Below, in pieces: positions 61,601 to 64,000 of a stretch of DNA of 64,000 nucleotides. This DNA comes from Podarcis pityusensis (lineage: Eukaryota). A model generated the notes under the pieces. The model was given only the letters and a program-made list of their open reading frames with translations. It made no database searches and was not told where the DNA came from. How positions within the stretch are numbered: position 1 is the stretch's first letter; each line of letters starts with the position of its first letter. The position numbers and the translations under genes were made by a program. The stretch lies in NCBI GenBank assembly GCA_964106645.2, contig OZ067054.1; one strand, given 5' to 3'.

Positions 61601-64000
61601 GACTGGCTGGCACACCTGTTGTGTTCAGTCCTGGGCCACTAGCCTTTACCTTGCTGGCATCATGTGTGGGAAGAACCTTAACCTTGAATGGACTGTGAGC
61701 ATATAAAAGAGGGAGGGAGAGAAGTGCCTCTGTTAATGTTAGGCAACTGACAGAAATGGCCACACCCCCATCCCTCAATTCCAGGGTGCACAGGTGTTCC
61801 CCCACAGGATCATTCATCTTTCTCATCTTTCTCTTACACAAAATAAAGGCATTATATACCAATCTGAGGCCACTGCAGCCTGAGGGAATCCTCTACCCGT
61901 GAGAAGTTCCCATTGACAGGACAGCACATTCAGCAGAAACAACTGGTAAGTGTAAGACATTGTACACTGGGCTCAGTGTTCCAGGAAAAGCTTTCAAGTC
62001 TTGTGCCAGTTTTTGCTCTAACACAATTTGCCAGTCAACAGCAAGAGACAAAATGATCTGTGGCATAAGGTTATGCTTCCAACATTGATTACATTGATTA
62101 CATGGGAGTCTTTAATAGATTTGCAGAGGCCCTCTCTCAAACAACTTGCCCAACGTGTTCAATGAAACTTTAAAAACATTATCCTGAGAGGTAAGTCCCC
62201 AAGCCTCAGATTCTCAAGTGCTGGGTTTACAAACACTCTGGATTTCTAGTAAATGGTGAAATCATCTGAAGCTTTGGAAACATCAAAAAGCAGCCATCAC
62301 TGTTAGAGTCTCTGCCTTGGCTCAGAGGGGCTAGAAGCTGCGGCCAATCCACAACCCATACCTGCGGGGCACCTCCTCATCTCCATAGTGCACAGCAATG
62401 CTGTATGGGCCTTCCCGGCTTGGCACGTAGCTCGCGGTCTGAGTCCCGTCAGCATTGTCCACCACATCTACAGGCTCCACCACTCCTGCAGGAAGAGTTC
62501 AACAGGTGAGAGAAGGGCCAAGCCCCAGGAAGGCACTACTGGTCTAGTCAAGCCGAGATTTGCTTACCTTTAGGGCCCTGAACTTTGACCTGGAGGGGTG
62601 CCACACCTGCCTTGCTGGTGTCAACCGTGAAGGACTGGGGGACATTGGCTCTGACAACACCTGGAGTCAGGCCAGGGCCTGAACATTTAACTTTAGATGA
62701 ATCTATCACATCATGCACAGGCACTTTGAAGGGGCTCCCTATGAAGAGAGAGAAAAGGGGATGAAAAAAGTTGGATTTGAGCCCAGAAACCACTCCAGGG
62801 TTTCAGGTAAAGCACACACTCCTTACATCAAATGCAGTTTTAAAAGAAGTCTCTTGCTTTTGAGTCCCACCCATGCTTGTGTTTCAGGAGGCCAACTTTC
62901 CTAACCAGCAAGTCCTATTTGCAATCCAATTGCCTGTCTCTTTGATCTTCCAGGGGACTCAAGCGAAGCATACAATAATAAAACCATAGAATTGTAGAGC
63001 TGGAAGGGCCACAGGCGGCATGACCAATGCTCAGCAATGATGGGAGTTGGGGAGTCACAGGTCCCCCACCCCTATGCCCTGCGGTCCGCAGCCTTTGATC
63101 CCACACTAAGCATTACACCATCCTGCAGGCCCAGCGCACTCCTGCTTTGCTGGAGATTGCTCAGAGGAGAGCTGACGAAGTGCAGCAAGAACGCAAAACA
63201 GAGATGGATATAAACTTGTTTTGCGGAATATTTAGGCCAAGGAACCTGGGGCAGTTTGAAATCTTGCTTTCATTATTTAGGTACCAGGAGAGCCTAATGG
63301 GACTATATGCCTCTCTTTTGGCTAGAAAGGCAGCCTAAATTTCCACCAGTGCCCTGCCTGCAAAAAAGAAAACACCAAAGTGGTGAAAAATCAAGAGCAA
63401 CAATTGAATTGTGGAGCCAAGGGAAGAGCAATCTTTTCCGGTCAGTGGACCAGATCCCTAGGTCACCCAGACCTTGTCAGCCATTTTGGCAGGTGTGCAG
63501 GGCCACCCAGGTGTCAATCACCTGATGTTACCATGGCAGCTGGCAATGTGTTTCCTTTGCCCAGGCAGTGCAAAATCAAAGCACTTGGCCAAAGGCACAA
63601 AACATTGCAATCCCCAACAGCAATTCAGTCAAATCCCACTTTAGGCAGGATCTTTACCTGCCTCACACCAAATGCTATATGATGGCAGGTGGGCAGGACT
63701 CAGGGAAAACGATTGTGGGCCAAATTAGGACTCCTGCCAGGCCTCATTAGGACCATGGGCCAGAGGCTCCCTCTCCCTCTCTAGGGCCATGTATGCCAAG
63801 AGCGACAGAAGATACCACCATCACCAACCTATAAATCAGTTGCCCATGCCACTTCCTGCCTACCACTGCCACACACACAACGCAGCCCCAATTGGTACCT
63901 GGCACTTGGTGGCCACCATAAGTGACGTTGAGGTTGTAGGTGCCAGGTTCATAGGGAATGTATTCCACCGAACAGCTGCCATCTTTGTTGTCAGTGCATG
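31674..64000 (-). CDS. FLNA: Filamin A, 3' half (Ig-like rod repeats, hinges 1 and 2, dimerisation repeat 24); 24 exons, 5' part outside the window
   Basis: Repeated HIPGSPF filamin motifs; FLNA-type peptides ([60 protein letters not shown]); exon phases chain into one ORF; Xq28-type neighbours. Confidence 0.96.
32488..32740. mobile_element. Tc1/mariner (Tigger/pogo-like) MITE, 253 bp
   Basis: TA TSD; TIRs CAGTGGTGCCTCGCAAGA / TCTTGCGAGGTACCACTG; internal TTCGTCTTGCGA repeats. Confidence 0.9.
32969..33157 (-). CDS. FLNA: FLNA exon 47 (hinge 2)
   Basis: [45 protein letters not shown]...DCSKA. Confidence 0.93.
33555..33773 (-). CDS. FLNA: FLNA exon 46
   Basis: [16 protein letters not shown]...GSPFKAKIT. 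Confidence 0.95.
33870..34046 (-). CDS. FLNA: FLNA exon 45
   Basis: [13 protein letters not shown]...GPGLEGGMT. Confidence 0.95.
34900..35063. mobile_element. hAT MITE
   Basis: TIRs CAGAGCTTTCCAA / TTGGAAAGCTCTG. Confidence 0.65.
37455..37626 (-). mobile_element. CR1 3'-end fragment
   Basis: atagaactgtagatttggaaggg..tccaaccccctgcaatgcagg..ggagaatccacca. Confidence 0.7.
37706..37838 (-). CDS. FLNA: FLNA exon 44
   Basis: [21 protein letters not shown]...VTEIDE. Confidence 0.95.
38175..38211 (-). promoter_or_regulatory. Predicted editing-complementary sequence (ECS) for the FLNA Q/R A-to-I site
   Basis: Pairs with transcript segment 38587-38550 (exon 43 end + donor): 26 Watson-Crick + 8 G:U pairs over 37 aligned positions. 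Confidence 0.75.
38570..38685 (-). CDS. FLNA: FLNA exon 43 (ends in the Q/R editing codon CAG)
   Basis: [39 protein letters not shown]; not represented in the ORF track. Confidence 0.95.
40959..41096 (-). CDS. FLNA: FLNA exon 42
   Basis: [46 protein letters not shown]. Confidence 0.95.
42012..42400 (+). mobile_element. Older CR1 3' fragment
   Basis: [28 protein letters not shown] (degenerate CR1 ORF2 end) and ggttggactaaatgacc..tcccttccagctct terminus. Confidence 0.85.
42608..42874 (-). CDS. FLNA: FLNA exon 41
   Basis: [17 protein letters not shown]...[10 protein letters not shown]. Confidence 0.95.
43219..43354. mobile_element. Palindromic hAT (Charlie-like) MITE
   Basis: 8-bp TSD TTCTAGAT on both sides; fold-back body. 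Confidence 0.8.
44391..44513 (-). CDS. FLNA: FLNA exon 40 (41-codon exon with the Ser2152-equivalent site)
   Basis: [41 protein letters not shown]. Confidence 0.95.
45297..45449 (-). CDS. FLNA: FLNA exon 39
   Basis: [25 protein letters not shown]...FADQHVP. Confidence 0.95.
45518..45866 (+). mobile_element. Full-length Sauria SINE (POM/lacertid type)
   Basis: GGGACGCGGGTGGCGCTGTGGGTTAAACC head, (ACCTTT)n tail, 13-bp TSD ACCATGAGCTATA (45505-45517 and 45867-45879). Confidence 0.92.
47013..47216 (-). CDS. FLNA: FLNA exon 38
   Basis: [20 protein letters not shown]...FIIDTRDA. Confidence 0.95.
47351..47512 (-). CDS. FLNA: FLNA exon 37
   Basis: [17 protein letters not shown]...LRNGHV. Confidence 0.95.
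47651..47824 (-). CDS. FLNA: FLNA exon 36
   Basis: [15 protein letters not shown]...[12 protein letters not shown]. Confidence 0.95.
48213..48341 (-). CDS. FLNA: FLNA exon 35
   Basis: [23 protein letters not shown]...TKDAGE. Confidence 0.95.
48464..48604 (-). CDS. FLNA: FLNA exon 34
   Basis: [15 protein letters not shown]...YDNMHIP. Confidence 0.95.
49134..49224 (-). CDS. FLNA: FLNA exon 33
   Basis: [30 protein letters not shown]. Confidence 0.93.
51404..51539. mobile_element. Palindromic hAT MITE
   Basis: TIRs CCGGGTTTCCCAAACTTGG / CCAAGTTTGGGAAACCCTG; 8-bp TSD GGTTAGAT. Confidence 0.85.
51914..52015 (-). CDS. FLNA: FLNA exon 32 (hinge 1); donor position uncertain
   Basis: cag|[31 protein letters not shown](GPA)|gtaaca; resembles the human hinge 1 (AL...Y.Y..G.QQ.W). 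Confidence 0.75.
54092..54530. mobile_element. MITE with perfect 21-bp TIRs (PIF/Harbinger-like)
   Basis: GGGCTTATCCACACTTACTTT / AAAGTAAGTGTGGATAAGCCC; TSD not clean. Confidence 0.7.
56122..56369 (-). CDS. FLNA: FLNA exon 31
   Basis: [21 protein letters not shown]...[10 protein letters not shown]. Confidence 0.95.
58230..58651 (+). mobile_element. L2 LINE 3' fragment with (AAT)n tail
   Basis: gaccttt..gtgggggcacctaggctgcggaatgccct, AT-rich UTR, agccaccctgag..ggagggcagggta, then (AAT)~14 at 58609-58651. Confidence 0.65.
60197..60220 (-). CDS. FLNA: FLNA exon 30, 24-nt alternatively spliced microexon
   Basis: cag|TGTCGATTGGAGGTCATGGGCTAG|gtaagc encodes VSIGGHGL, the peptide of the known alternative human exon 30. 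Confidence 0.9.
   Translation of the reverse strand, partial: CRLEVMG
60478..60667 (-). CDS. FLNA: FLNA exon 29
   Basis: [26 protein letters not shown]...DASKCTVT. Confidence 0.95.
61536..61692 (-). CDS. FLNA: FLNA exon 28
   Basis: [23 protein letters not shown]...LAVQIT. Confidence 0.95.
62362..62485 (-). CDS. FLNA: FLNA exon 27
   Basis: [41 protein letters not shown]. Confidence 0.95.
62568..62738 (-). CDS. FLNA: FLNA exon 26
   Basis: [24 protein letters not shown]...VQGPK. Confidence 0.95.
63899..64000 (-). CDS. FLNA: FLNA exon 25 (partial)
   Basis: [33 protein letters not shown]. Confidence 0.93.

Overview
Eukaryotic (vertebrate) genomic DNA, most likely a lacertid lizard, judging by the Sauria/POM-type SINE, young CR1 and L1 LINEs and many hAT/Tc1 MITEs. 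The genes are homologous to the human Xq28 block. The window holds (1) the last coding exon and 3' UTR of PDZD4 (+, 1-~1760); (2) a complete six-coding-exon SSR4/TRAP-delta gene (-, 9594->4163) with a CpG-island promoter and two intronic H/ACA snoRNAs of the SNORA42/SNORA80 family; (3) a ~21 kb gene-free, transposon-rich interval with no recognisable IDH3G, including a 5'-truncated L1 that carries a nested 1.75 kb non-autonomous retroelement with its own 22-bp TSD; and (4) the 3' half of FLNA (filamin A, -, exons ~25-48 by analogy to human numbering, 64000->31674), whose splice sites and phases chain into one reading frame. The most interesting unannotated structure is an RNA-processing module in FLNA intron 43. 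A 37-nt G:U-rich editing-complementary sequence pairs over the Q/R codon and 5' splice site, and a candidate in-frame 15-nt microexon lies nearby. Most ORFs in the six-frame track are spurious. Gene and family identities come from recalled sequences; no database search was run.
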